From assembly GCA_002104945.1 (NCBI GenBank), contig MCFH01000007.1, positions 992,001-1,056,000 on the forward strand: 64,000 nt of DNA. The letters are read 5' to 3'. Origin of the DNA: Piromyces finnis finn (Eukaryota; Fungi; Neocallimastigomycota). Shown one piece after another: positions 16,316 through 30,196 of the stretch. The position numbers and the translations under genes are program-made. How positions within the stretch are numbered: position 1 is the stretch's first letter; each line of letters begins with the position of its first letter. The notes beneath the pieces are model-generated. The model saw only the letters and a list, made by a program, of their open reading frames with translations. It searched no databases and had not been told where the DNA came from.

Positions 16316-16528
16316 TTTTTTTCTATCTTTTAGGGGATAGTATGTAATTAATATGATTAATTGTCACTATTATATTATATTAATGACAAATAATGATAGT
16401 AATTATATATGTTTAATAATTGAAATCTTTTTTTCTATTTTTTAGGGGACAATATGTAATTAATATGATTAATTGTCACTATTATATTATATTAATGACA
16501 AATAATGATAGTAATTATATATGTTTAA
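16316..16528. repeat. Tandem duplication of an about 115-bp unit
   Basis: TTTAGGGGA..ATGTAATTAATATGATTAATTGTCACTATTATATTATATTAATGACAAATAATGATAGTAATTATATATGTTTAA occurs twice. Confidence 0.9.
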
Positions 16529-16694
16529 AAATTAAAAATTTTAACTTCATAAATAAAATGTTTAGAATATTAATTTATATATTAACATAAACAATTATAA
16601 AAACAAACATATAAAATGTAAAAAAATGAAATGTGATAAATTCATTGACTATAATAATAACTATTACATTACAACTAATTTTCAAAAAAAAAAA

Positions 16695-16725
<31 letters not shown>

Positions 16726-17228
16726 TTTTTATTAAATTAATATTTATTATCCAGTATTAATAGGTTAGGTTTTTTATTTTATTATTAAAAGGGTTACGCT
16801 TAAACCATAAATAGAATTTTTTTAAAGGGAATTATTATTTTATAATATAATAATTACCTTATAAAAAATTAAATATTCTTTCTTCTTTTAATTCTACATT
16901 TTTTAATAATTATAATATATATATATATCATTCTTTTATCTTAAATTATAAATATATAAATAAATTACATCACATCAATAATAAAGTAATATAAAGAAAA
17001 TATTAAGATTGCTTGAATCAAAAAATAAAATTTGTATTTATTTAAATAAATCAAGTTAAATATTTCATATTTCTTTTTTTCAAAAAATTAACAAACTTAC
17101 TACAATTCTTTTTCTTCTTCTTCTTCTTATTATTTAAATTTAATTAAAATAAACATTAAAAATATGAATTTTTTAATAAAAAAACATATATTTTATATTG
17201 TGATAGTATTACACTATTAAAAGCTCTA

Positions 17229-17611
17229 GTCGTTCCAGTTTCTACCTTAATTGTTAAGGCATTTCCTTAACATACATAAGGCTTCTGGCTTGACACCGTA
17301 TATACTCTTACATATCCATAGTAGAGACTTTATCCACTAGTTTCCATTGATTAGAGTATATACACAATTAAGTATTGTTTATTTTACCCAATTGAGAGGG
17401 TTGATATTGTTTCCAATATCTGCGGAAGGATGAGGATGATAAATAGTATACGGTCTGGTTCTCAAAGGAACTGTTAAGGACTCGTCCCTACTAGGTTACC
17501 TCGTCTTAGGGTATTGTGAGCGCCAACGCCGAAACCGGTATGGCAAAAGAACACAAAGTTGTGTTCTGTACACTATCATGTGAAAACACATGACAAAGTC
17601 TAAAAAAATTA
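17229..17611 (+). mobile_element. SINE-like retroposon A (tRNA-like head, LINE-derived tail)
   Basis: GC-richer non-coding island. 10-bp TSD AAAAGCTCTA at 17219-17228 and 17612-17621. A-rich tail after AAAGTCT. First 70 nt are 60/70 identical to the head of the element at 34325-34256 (-). Tail matches the LINE at 25886-25939. Confidence 0.85.
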
Positions 17612-20600
17612 AAAAGCTCTATCAAATCCTTAATTGAAGTTTTAGTAAATGAATGAAACTTTTTTTAGAATGTTCTATTTTCTAAAATTTTCTTAACAAT
17701 TAATATCACATGATCATTTGATTGATATATATATTATTTAACATTTTATACCATTTAAATTTACTAAAACAAGAAGCTTTCTAATTACCTAATATTCTTT
17801 AGATTGTTTATAATGATGAGGGTTATTAAGTGATTAATAGTCCATCTATTATATTAGAATTATATATACCCTTCATTTACATAATTTTTATAATTTTTTA
17901 TTTATAATACACACTTAAAAGTAATTAATATTATAGTAAAAACTGTAGATCATATATATACTAATTTTTTTTAGTATATTTTTTTAGATAAATATTTGGC
18001 CATTAAATTTTCATCCATAAAAATATAAACCCTTTTGAATATTAATATATTTTATTTATTATTTTTAAAAGTATAATTGTTTTATATATTTGTTATGTTT
18101 TGTATATTACTTTAAATCATCGATTACAAAAATGAAAACTAAAATTTATTACTATTTAAATTATAATTAATTATATATTATGTTCCATTATTGATATATT
18201 AACATCTAATTTGTTCATTCCATTTAATTTAATGGTAATATTATAATTAATAGTTTCCATTTATTACAATATATTGTAATATATAAAATTAAATTTAAGT
18301 GTTTTACTAAGTATTATAATATTTAAAGTTGTTTATAGTTTTAAGTTTAATTTTATATAAAAAAATTTTGAAAGAAGGCAATTATTCAATTATTTCATGT
18401 TTAAAGAAAAAAAAATATTATAATAAATATAAATCAGAAAAAATGTTATTTATTATTATTAAAAAACAATGAAATTTAAAAGTTTTGTGTTATTTTATAT
18501 TTGTTTTTTGTTATATTATTATCAACAATATTTCATTATTTTTAGTTGCAGTATTCTTTCGATATATCTTTTTTTCTGAATGAAATTAAAAGAAATCATG
18601 TTCTATAAAAATAAATCATAAATTTTAAAATGGAACTTTTTAAAATAAATAAATAATAAAAGTATAATTCATAATTATAATTTTTTAGTTTAAATAAAAA
18701 TGAAAATGTTATAAATTATTTATTTTATTCTTTAGTAAGAACTATGAAATATTTTAAGATATATAGTGCTTTTTTTGTCTTTAATTTTATGATTTCTTTT
18801 AATTAATATTAATAAGTTTAAATTATTATTATTATGTATTTAATAAACCATTTATTATTAATTAAAATTCATTATTTATTAAAATTCAATATATTAAATT
18901 ATTAAATTTTTTTAATTATATTAGAGAACTAACGAATGAATAATATTAATCCTAATTAAAAGCAAACTTTAACCATTGAAACGAACGAATTACTGGCCAT
19001 TCAAATATTTAAATCATAAATTCATAGAATAAATAAATGGTAATTTCATTATTAATTTATTTCAAAAAAAAAAAAAAAAAAGAGATGAAGAATAATTTAT
19101 ATTATTATTAGATTTTGTAAGTTATATAAGTAATTAAAATATATTCTTTTTTTTTTTTATAATATATTAATATAGAAAATTAGAAATATATATTTGATAT
19201 AAATATGAATATATATTAATTAATAATGATTTGTTTTATTGATTTATTATTATTATCATCATTATTAAATTTTAATTAATAATGTAATATAAAACCACCT
19301 TCAACTTTATTAATTAATAAAATTTATAATATCAAAAAATTTAGAAAAACAAAACAAAAATAAAATATGTTAATTCTTTTTTTTTATTTATTTATTTATT
19401 AGAATACTTTTTATTTGTTTTGTTTTTGGTTATTTTTTTTAAAGAAAAAAAAAAAAATAATAATACAATATTTTTTTTTATTTATATTATATTAACTAAA
19501 TAATAAATAAATAATTATATAAATTTATTACTAACATTTAATAGTTATTATAGAGTTCTTTAATATAATATAAAAAGAAATGTTTATATACCAAAAATAA
19601 GAATAAATCATTATTATTGATTAACTTTTTAAAATCATTGCAAAACAAATTTTTAATATAATAATAATAATAATAATAAAACAAAAAACAAACAAACAAA
19701 TAAACAAATATTTATTATTAAAATATTTATTTTATTTTTTTTTCAATGTTTATGTTAATAATTTAAGCGAAAAATTTTGAAATAGAATTTCAAAGAAATA
19801 AAGAAATACAATTGTTTTCGATTTATTTAATACACACACCCACACACAAAAAAGTTTATATGTTAAATTGAAAATAATTAAGAAATTCAATAAATATTAT
19901 TTATACATTGAATATAAATATCTTTATAAATTTATTAATAATTATTTTTTCGTATATATAGAATAAAAAAAGGAAATTAAAATATAATATTTATTTTATA
20001 TAATATCATTTAAATATATATTAAAAAAACAAAAAAATAATTATAATAGAAGTAGAAAGATAAAAGTATTAGATATCAATAAAAATATAGAGAAGTTTAT
20101 AAAAATATAAACAATAATATATATATAACGAAAGAAAACAAAATATATCAACAAAAGTATTATCTATTAATTATGAATATTTTTACAAAACATCTTTAAA
20201 TACCTAAATTATTTATATACCATACTATTGATTTTAATAGAAAACGAAGAAGAAATAAACATTTAGTTTCTTCATTATAATAGAATTATAAATAATTAAA
20301 AAAACAAACAAATCATTTTTTCATAATCTTCAATTATTTAATAATAACCAATATTTATTTATTATTCTTATTTATCAATTTATATGTGATTAAAAGAAAA
20401 TATTATAAAATCTTTAATATTGAAATTTTGAATCAAATTATTAAAATATCGAATACTTAGATATTTTTAATATATATAATATATATAATATATAAGAAAC
20501 TTCAAAAAAAAAAAAAAAGAGGTATTTATAAAATAAAAATCAAATAATTATTTATTTATACAATAATAAAACTTTTTTTTCTAAAAAAAATAATATTGAG

Positions 20601-20715
20601 AAACTATTTTAATTTTAATTAAATATTTATTTTATTGTTTTTTATTTTAAAATAATAACATATATCTTCAAATCAAAAAGATAATTAATTTTAAATTGAA
20701 TAAAAATAAAATGAT

Positions 20716-23700
20716 ATGTCTCAATTAACAAACTCGTCCAATCAATTTAAAATAGATAAAGAAACTGGTAATGATAATGTATTTATAAATATTTATAATA
20801 CTAATAAAGAAAGTGAAATCATATCCCCTTCAACGACGGTAAATGTAAAATCCAATAATGTAACTTCACATTCTTCTATAGATATAAGTACATCATCTGA
20901 AGTACTATCAACGCCCAACAACAACAACAACAACAATAATAATAATAGTAACAACATAAATATCATAGAAAATCCTTTTGAATCACCACCAACAAGCAGT
21001 GATTCTTCACCTGTACTACTTAGAAATAATATAAATACATCTATTCCTAATATCAATAATTCATTTATTAATAATCATCAAAATCAAGATAAAACAATAA
21101 ATATTGATATATTTAATTCAAATGAAAACCCAATAAATAATAATTTAGATATTAATCATAATACTTCCATAAATGAAGCTACTAATCCTCAGGAATCAAA
21201 ACAATTTAATGTTAATAAGGAAGAAAGTAAAGAAAATCTTAATACCAATAATAGTATTAGTGTAAATACAAGTATTTTAGAAAATAATATAAAAAATGAA
21301 AAATCATTTTCATCTAAAAAGACGGTTAAAACAGCAATAACGTTTGACTTAAATAAAAAGAAAAGAGTAGAAAAAAATTATATTGAAAATGAAAGAAGCG
21401 AAAAAAAGAAAGATAAGGAAAAGGTATCAGAATATTGCCCGGTGTGTAAAGCAAAAGCTTCATATATGTGTTCCTCTTGTGGTCCAGTTATATTTTATTG
21501 TTCACAATCATGTCAAATTGCTCATTGGCCAGAACATCGTTTAGTATGTAAAGGTGTAAAGAAACACAGATCTTATGTAGAACGAAAAAAAACAGAATCA
21601 ATTTTTGGTGAAATTATTGACCCTACTATCGGAAGTGATGGTATTGTAGGAACAAGAAATGTAGCACAATTAATTAATTTAAAACGTAGTAGAACGGACA
21701 ATGTGAAATCAAAAACAAATTCTGTGTTATCTGGTCGTAAAAATTCAACAGCTCGTCTTATAGATAATGCCATTGAGGAAGAGGATGAAAGTGAAGAAGA
21801 AAATAATTATACAGATAATGAAATAGAAGTAAATGATTCTAATGCCAGTATTCCTAATACTTCAAATAATAATGATAAAAGTAAAGATGAAAATCATGAC
21901 AATTCTCTTACTGGAATAAAAACAGAAAATGATTTTATTAATAAAAATAAACTAAAAAATAGTGATGAAAATATAGTTAATTCATTTTCTATACCCACAA
22001 GTCCAATTTCATCTGATATTGTCGAGAATAATAACATAGTAGAAAATCCGGTGAAACAGGATGTTTCTAATAATTCAAAAAAAAATAATAAGAAAAGAGG
22101 AAGTTATCGTAAGAGAACTTCAATGATAATTTCTAAAGCTCAAGAGGATGAAGAATTAATAGAAGATTTAAAATTTTATATTAAGCAAATATTTTTAATT
22201 ATTAAACCAGTACTTCTTTGTATTTTATTAACTATTATTTGGGTTAAGTTGTCAAATACAAAAAATATGAGGGTTGAAATAAAACCAGGATATGTTGCTG
22301 TAAGAGGTGACTATTTTAAAGACGATAGTGTTGCTGTTGATGGAAATAGTTTTGTTACTACTATTTTTTTAAATTTTAAAGACGCTATTTCATTTATTTT
22401 GTAAGTATATATATAATATTTATTTTACATTTATATAAATAATTTAAAATTAAAGCTGGCTAGTTATTAATAAAACATTTATATATAATTTTATTTCTGC
22501 ATTTATTATATATTAATATATTAAATCTATTTTCAATATATAATATAATAATATATACATATATAATTTTTGAATATTTTCAATATATATATATAATTAT
22601 TCATAAAAATGTACAATTGTTATTTATTTATTAATAGTCAAATGATTGCAGTTACTGTGGTAGTAGCAATATTATTCATTTTCAGTTGTGTTAAAACATT
22701 AACAAGTCTATATATTGTATTGATGTTAGGTCTCCTTTCTATATTTTCCTATATTACACTGCAAAGAATTGTTATGATATACAATATACCAATTGATATA
22801 TTTTCCACTGCTCTAATTATTTGGAATGTTGTAGTTGTAGGGTTGGTAGTTATATTTTGGAAAGGTCCACTTTCAATTCAACAATATTACTTAGTGTTTG
22901 TTAGTTCTTTGATGGCTTTAAGCTTATCTCAATTTAGTGAATGGACAACATGGATAATATTAACTTTATTAGCTGTTTGGGATTTAATTGCTGTCCTTTG
23001 TCCGTTTGGACCTCTACGACTTCTATTGAAACATTCTGAAGAAAATCAACAAGAAATTCCAGCATTACTATACACATTGATGGTATGGATAATGGCTACC
23101 CCAGCCTCACCTAAAATCAAAAATAAAGAAGATTCAGCTTCACAAAATGTAAATAATACTACTCTAGCAATTGAATCTTCCAATAAAGAAGAATTAGTTA
23201 AAGAAAATCCTTCCAAACAAAAATCGATTGAAACCTCTTTTACTACTGAAGTACTAAGCGTTTTTAATATAAAAAATGTGACTTCTCCACCAATATCTCC
23301 AGTGCAACAAAGTTCAAACTCACTCTCCGTTAGTAATAGAAACAGTAATATTTCAAATAACGGTGGTAATAATCTTACTATTACCACAAAACATCAAAGT
23401 TCACGACCTCTTTCAGTATCATCAGTATCATCTGGATCATTTACTCTCACTAGAAAAAAGAATCCTACCCTTAAAAGATATCCTTCTAATGGAAGTAGTG
23501 TTAGTGGTGTTCGTAATCGGCCTTCTTCTCCAAATGGATCATCTGTTGTTCTCACTAATAGACCTCCAAGTGTAAATCATTCTAATATTAGATCTTTTTT
23601 TTCAGGATCTATTTCAGACGAAAATGCCTCAACAGCAATACTTTTCCAAGATAATAGTAATAGTTATAGTTATGATAGTTTGAAACGTGGTCTCAGTCGT

Positions 23701-24729
23701 AATAGTTCTATAGATTCTCAATTTTACAAAAAACGTATTGATAAAAAATATAAATATCCAAATTCTAATTCTGAAAGTTCTCGTAAATATGGACATTCTG
23801 AACGTCGTCTTAATCGTAATCTTTCTCACGGTAGTCAGCATTATTATCCTCATTATTATAATCATCGAAGCCCTTATGCTTCTCATCATAGTACGGACAA
23901 TGAATCCTCTGTTCTTTCTGATGACACTAGCTCTGACTTATATACAAGAGAAGCATCCTTTAGTTCAATAGCACTTCTTGTAAATAATAGAAGTCAAACA
24001 GGTAGTTTTAATGATAATTCAGGTCATCATAATCATCAGCATAGTCATAGTCACCATCATCGTAGTCATCATCATCATAGTCATCATCATCATAATGATC
24101 ATGGATCTCTTTCAGTAAATAGCCAAACTAGCAGTATAACGAGTGTTGTAGATCGTTCACATTCTCATCGTCATAGTTCTCGTTATTCATCTATAGGGCA
24201 TACTTCAGATTTCTTTGGTCGTTTTTCTGATGATGATTATCGGAAGAAGAAACGGAAAAGAGAAAAACGTCTTCGTAAAGAAAAAGAAAGAAGAGAACGT
24301 CAAAGAAGAGAAGATGAAGAAGAAGAAGCAGAACGTAATGGTATTAAATTAGGTCTTGGAGATTTTGTCTTTTATTCTGTTCTGGTAGCTAAAGCAGCGA
24401 GCCAAGATTGGATGACTACTATTAATTGTACTATAGCTGTCATTACTGGACTCACTATTACTATTTTCTTATTAGCTGTATTAAAGAAGGCTTTGCCTGC
24501 CTTACCTATTAGTATTGCGTTTGGTTTAATCTTTTATTTTACTTCAAAACATTTAATTGGTGTTTTGATGGATAATGCTATGTATGTGTCCTATTTTAGT
24601 ATGGATAGAACACAACTTTATCATTTGTATAAAGAATGTATTGATGAATTAAGATTATTATTCCAAGATCAAATGATTGCTTCACGACTTGATATTGGTA
24701 AAAAGTATATGGGCTATTTTCATTTTTAA
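20716..24729 (+). CDS. PSEN: Presenilin-family (A22A) intramembrane aspartyl protease with N-terminal zf-MYND; join(20716..22400,22638..24729), 1258 aa
   Basis: A phase-2 GT-AG intron (GTAAGT at 22401, TAG at 22637) joins the two ORFs in frame. LAVWDLIAVLCPFGPL (Asp at 22981), KLGLGDFVFYSVL (Asp at 24361), PALP and nine hydrophobic segments are present. MYND motif CPVC..CSSC..YCSQSCQIAHWPEHRLVC at 21436-21549. Confidence 0.93.
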
Positions 24730-25032
24730 TTTTTTCATATATATAAAAGATAAATAAACTAGTAATAAATAAATAAAAATAAATAAAAATAAATAAATAA
24801 AAAAAAAAAATAAAAAAATCTATTTTTAGATTTTCCGTCATTACTACATCATTCTTTCTTTATTATTTTATTTGTATTAGCATTAGTATTATTTAAAGAA
24901 AGAAAGATATAATAAATAATTACCGCAAATTCAAACTCCAAAAAAAAAAAAAAATAAAATAAAAAATAAAATAAATACATATATATAAAATATATATATA
25001 ATAAAAATTAATATTATATAAAGTTGTTGTTT

Positions 25033-26255
25033 AAAACATTGGGTTGATCATTATGAAAATTTTGTATCTGATGTTCTAAATCATAGCTTAAATTATAGTT
25101 ATTGGGAAAGAGTCTTCCATTTTAATTATATTAATCAAATAGCATGGAAGATTAATGGTTCCATTTCTATTGAAAAAATTAGAAATACTGTTCTGTCAAT
25201 GAAGAATAATAGGGCTCCAGGTCCCGATGGTATCTCAATTGAATTCTTCAAAGCTTTCTTTTTGTAACGAAGAACTAGAAAAAGAACATAGGTCTGCTGG
25301 AAATTGTATTAAATTAATTTTCAATGAAATCTGGAATGGTTATTAGAGAACATGATTAAAATAATAGTAGACTAAATAATGAAAGTAAAGGTCACCGATA
25401 TACTAACCTAACAACAAATTCTATAATTCAAATCGCCTAATGCATATTGATCTCAACAAACCTCACTTAAATTTAGGAATTACTTGGATTATTTGTATTC
25501 GATGCGATTATGAAAACATTACCAGAATCGCCATTGCCAGTAATAGAGTTACACCTGACTGTCTTTGTATCTGTCCATGTTGCGAATAAGATAAACCATC
25601 TTTTTATCATTGGATTTTAGAATGTTCTGCATTCTCTGAATACAGAACTTCTTTACTTATCCTTCTTGACGATCTTTTTACCTTTTTTCATCACTTACTC
25701 CCTGAAATGGAAGTAAAAAAAACTATTTATAACTATATTTTTACGTTCCTTCTTGGTGAAACTTTAGCGTCTCATGTTTCACATGTAGAGGGTCTCGCAG
25801 CTTTTCTTACTAAAACAATCCCTATCATTAGTACCTCAATGAAGCTACTTTTTGATAGGTTTAGTAAGACATCTAACGTAATCAAGAGTGTCGATGTCAC
25901 ACCGATATGGCAAAGGAACATTCCTAATGTTCCGTACACAGGGTTCAATGTTAATATTTCTTTGAATGAATGTGAAAGTTTATTAGACACCACACTATCA
26001 TACCTGATCTTCTCTTTTTTTTTTTCATTTAATTTATTAGGTAGGGATCAATTCCACACAGTACGAATTGCAGAGTTCATTAAACTTTTATGCAACTTTA
26101 ATAATTATTTTATTTTATAGTTATATATATATGATGATGATGATGATGATGATATTTATTTATTATTTATTATATCAATATGTATTATCATGTAAAATCA
26201 CAAATTAAATAAATAAATACAAGAAGTGTATTCTCTTCCTAGTCTAAAAAAAAAA
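25033..26255 (+). mobile_element. Decayed, 5'-truncated, internally deleted non-LTR retrotransposon (LINE) fragment
   Basis: 15-bp TSD ATAAAGTTGTTGTTT at 25018-25032 and 26256-26270; ends in AGTCT(A)n. Encodes KNNRAPGPDGISIEFFKAF (start of the RT region, about 25200-25260), then with stops a C-terminal CPCC-x8-H-x4-C knuckle (about 25575-25630) and ORF 25707..26120. Confidence 0.9.
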
Positions 26256-26425
26256 ATAAAGTTGTTGTTTTTCAAAGAGAAAAAGAAAAAAAGATTAGCA
26301 TTAAAAATTATGAGTGGATATATCTCTTATTTAATAAATTAAATGAAATAAACATCAAGTATGGAAATAATTTCATTTATAAAATTATTGAGTTAAAATT
26401 ATAATGAAATGAAAAGCAAAAACAA

Positions 26426-26457
<32 letters not shown>

Positions 26458-27087
26458 AGAAACAATACTATAATAAAGTTAATTTTTAAATAAAATATAT
26501 AAATTTATGGACTGTAAAAATAAAAATATATAAAAATAATATAAAGAAACAAAATGACAAAATAAAGACTTTTTTTTTTTTTTTTTTCTATTATTGTTAT
26601 ATTTTTATTTTTATTTTTTAAAGAAAAAAAAAAAATTAATAAATTAAAATGAATACAAAAATATTTAATAGATTGATGGTAGTTTTATTAATTATTAAAT
26701 ACTAATTTTATTTTTTTTTTTTTTTCTACTTTGTTTTTTTGTTTGTTTATTTGTTTTTTTTATTTGTTTATTTATTTGTTTGTTTGCTTGTTTTGTTTCT
26801 GTTTTTGTTCTATTTTTTTCTTTTGTTAATTTATTTGTTTTTATCAGTTTTGTTATCATTTAATCATTTAAAAAAATACAATGATGAGTGTGTATTATGC
26901 ATCAATAATTGAATGTAAAAATTTTATTTTTTGATTGATTAAAATCAAAATGTTATGAGAGAATATTGCTTCGGATTGTAAGTATAATAATTAATTTATA
27001 AATAATAAGAAAATAAAATAAAAAAAAAAAAAGAAAAAGAAAGAAAGAGAAAAGAGAAAAGAAATATAAAAGTATAAATAGATCAAA

Positions 27088-29142
27088 TTACAAATCTATG
27101 ATTTCTCTTTTTTTTGTAGTTTGAGCATTATCTTTTTTTTCAATAAATGAATTTTTCATAGATTCTACGGGTTCAGAACGCTTAGGTATAATACCCAAAA
27201 AACGGAAATGCTCTTCATCAGCTATTGCTCTAGCCCAAACACTCTTAATATTATTCCTACGTTTATCTGGAATAAGAATCTTTTCATGATCTTGGATAAT
27301 ACCTGTTTTTTCATCATAAATAACTCTTACACCACTCTTGTTTTCAATTTTACTATGCTCACGAATATCATGAATAAACTTCAATACTTCATACTCATAA
27401 ACATCACGGTGAACAGCAAAATGCATAACATGATCACTACCTTCAAAATAAGCACGACGAATTAAAAAACCATTCTTTTGTAAATTGTAAATGTAAGGTT
27501 CAATTAAGTCTGGACAAATGACACGGTCTCCATTACCATACATAAACATGTAAGCCATATGTTTTGGTACATTATAAAAAGCAGGATAGTAGATATTTAA
27601 AAGATACTTAGCGATAGAAGGTTGACGTACAAAGATATAATAGAAATAACAAATCATTTTACTGAGAGTTGGAGAATAATGTGTATGCTTTATACCAAAA
27701 TATTTCATACATTTCATTGAAGTAATACCAGCAGTGATACCACGAGTAATAACGTCTTGTGTTAAAAGTGAAGGTCCAGAATCCATAATTGCTGCTTCCA
27801 TACAATAATAGAATTTTTCATAATCTTCAAATTCTTTTCTAGCCTGACGATATTCATTATTTAATTTGATCATTTGTTCATCATTTTTCCATTCACCTTT
27901 CTTTTCCTTATCATTTAAGAAGTCTAAAAATTCATTTTCAGTCATGGTAGTACAATTTTGATTCGCCTTTTCTACAACATGTCTTTCAGAAATAATTGCC
28001 TTACTATTAGATTTTTGTTTAACGAAAAATTCAGAGGAAGTTACTGTAGAAGAAGAAGAAATCACAGTAATTGAATCAGAAAGATTTAGTTTCTTTAAAA
28101 TATTTTGCTCCCTGATCTTTACTCTCCTTTTAAATTTTCTAAGATTCACTTGCAAAACATAGGTAAAGTGAGCAAAAATATAAGAACCATTATCACTAAA
28201 GGTATGAAAAATAATTTTACATTCTTCACCTTTTGCTTGACGTTCACACCATAATTTAAATAATTGCTTCATAAGATGTTCATTTTTAATATTTAAAATT
28301 TTTGGAACTAATAAAAGTGGAGTAGGAGAAATATAAGCTAACACTGGATGACCAATGTTAGAATAAAGCTTTATATATTTCTTAAGATGTTTTGGATGAC
28401 AATTCCACCATCCCAATAATACCATTAATTCTCTTGGTGAACGATCCATGGAACAATCACAAAGGGTAGTAGTATCCTTAGCATCTTTTTCTGGTTTTAT
28501 AAAAACAAATCCACGACTTAAATTTCTTCTATTATATTTTTGTTGAATACAACGATGACTAAAGAATCTATGTATAATACGATCAAGAAGAGATAATTTT
28601 TTATCATCTTCATCAATTTCTAATGAATCATAATAAGAAGTTTTTGAAATGCTTCTAAAATAATTATAATGTTCAAATTTACGAATTTTTTGATAAATTT
28701 CTTTTTCTTTTTCATATTTAGCAATTTGTTCATCAGTAAGAGGTGTAGATAATACTTCATTTTTTGGTTGATAATTAATTTTTTCATTTGATTTTGATTC
28801 TTTTGAAAAAAGACTTGAAATTCTAAAATATTCTTTTCTATAATAGGGGGTATAATTAAAGAATGGAGTAGAAATAAAAGTCTGATCTAGTGGATTTGAT
28901 AAATGAGAATTTGGAAAAAAAGATAACGAATTCTTCTTTGTTAATTCAATATTACTATGAGAAGAACGTAATGTATGGATGTAATGAATTGATAATTTAT
29001 TGTTATTATTATTAGAAACTGTAGATATAATTTTAGGTGTAGAATATCTTAATGAATGAATCAACTGATGATATAAACTAGTTTGTTGGCCTATCTTCTT
29101 TACTAGAAAATAGTTACTATTTATTATTTTATTGAATTCCAT
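27088..29142 (-). CDS. DUF829/TMEM53-like alpha/beta-hydrolase-fold protein with a long N-terminal extension
   Basis: 684-aa ORF. Motifs VLLGWWNC..HLKKYIKLY, IFHTFSDNG, IMDSGP, FMYGNGDRVI and FEGSDHVMH follow the DUF829 pattern. Confidence 0.75.
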   Translation of the reverse strand: MEFNKIINSNYFLVKKIGQQTSLYHQLIHSLRYSTPKIISTVSNNNNNKLSIHYIHTLRSSHSNIELTKKNSLSFFPNSHLSNPLDQTFISTPFFNYTPYYRKEYFRISSLFSKESKSNEKINYQPKNEVLSTPLTDEQIAKYEKEKEIYQKIRKFEHYNYFRSISKTSYYDSLEIDEDDKKLSLLDRIIHRFFSHRCIQQKYNRRNLSRGFVFIKPEKDAKDTTTLCDCSMDRSPRELMVLLGWWNCHPKHLKKYIKLYSNIGHPVLAYISPTPLLLVPKILNIKNEHLMKQLFKLWCERQAKGEECKIIFHTFSDNGSYIFAHFTYVLQVNLRKFKRRVKIREQNILKKLNLSDSITVISSSSTVTSSEFFVKQKSNSKAIISERHVVEKANQNCTTMTENEFLDFLNDKEKKGEWKNDEQMIKLNNEYRQARKEFEDYEKFYYCMEAAIMDSGPSLLTQDVITRGITAGITSMKCMKYFGIKHTHYSPTLSKMICYFYYIFVRQPSIAKYLLNIYYPAFYNVPKHMAYMFMYGNGDRVICPDLIEPYIYNLQKNGFLIRRAYFEGSDHVMHFAVHRDVYEYEVLKFIHDIREHSKIENKSGVRVIYDEKTGIIQDHEKILIPDKRRNNIKSVWARAIADEEHFRFLGIIPKRSEPVESMKNSFIEKKDNAQTTKKREIIDL

Positions 29143-30163
29143 TTTTATTGTTTTTTTTTTTTTTTTTAATTTGCAAGTATATTATGATAAAAAAACTAAT
29201 TTTTGATTTTTACTCTATTAAACTTTTATTTGTTTTATATATTAAATTATTTTTAAACTTTCAAATATCAATTCTTTGGTGTTTCAATATATATATTCGA
29301 CTATAATATTTCAAACTTTTTTTTAAAATTATAAATACTTTTTATTGGTTTTTTTTTTATGTTAATTTAATTATTTTTCTCAAACATTAATTTTTAATTG
29401 CTATTATTAATTTAATTTAAAATTGAATTTAATTTTAAAATTTCAATATATAAAAAGGAATATGTTAGAAAAAAAAAAAAATTCTTAAATTTTATATTAT
29501 AAAATAATACAATTTCTCGGTTAAAATGAACAAATATATATAAAAAATATACTGCTTATTATACAAATTAATCAATACATACCATAAAAGTTTACTATTT
29601 ATATATTTCATTTATAAATATATTGTTATCTATTATTATACTCTTCTACACAGATGTAAATGTCCAAGGCAAAAAAAGTAAATGAAAAAAAAGTATTTCT
29701 CGAAAAATAAATAAGTATTATGATAAAAGAAATAATAATAGAAATACTTCTTTTCTCTATTTATCAGAAAATAATAATGAGAAAGGAGATATTTTATATT
29801 TTAAATTGCTGTTGCTATTTTAAAATAAAAATAATAATAAAATAAAATCTTTTATATATATATAGTTGAAAATTGATTTAATTTATTAAATGAGGTTGTT
29901 TTTTTTTTTTTCTTAAACTAAAAAAGGCATAATTTTTTAAATATAACACTTTAAATAGCTTTAAAATTAACAATAGTGATAATAAAAACTTAATTCCCTT
30001 TTTCTTTATTTTTGTTATTAATTCTATTATTGAAATGATTATTTATCAACTTTATCTTTTTTCATTGAAAAATTTTGTTCAAAAAAAAAAAAGAAAGAAA
30101 TAAAATTATTTTATTGTATATTATAAATAGCAATAACTATTTCTCTTTAAAAAATAACAATAA

Positions 30164-30196
<33 letters not shown>

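Noticed and set aside
17480-17515. TTACCTCGT as an HDV-like ribozyme L3 loop in SINE A
   Set aside because: P1/P2 pseudoknot pairings could not be assembled.
20793-24841. Antisense and alternate-frame ORFs over presenilin (also over SLC26, the kinase, RAD50 and the 705-aa gene)
   Set aside because: Shadow ORFs of real genes, with no independent motifs.
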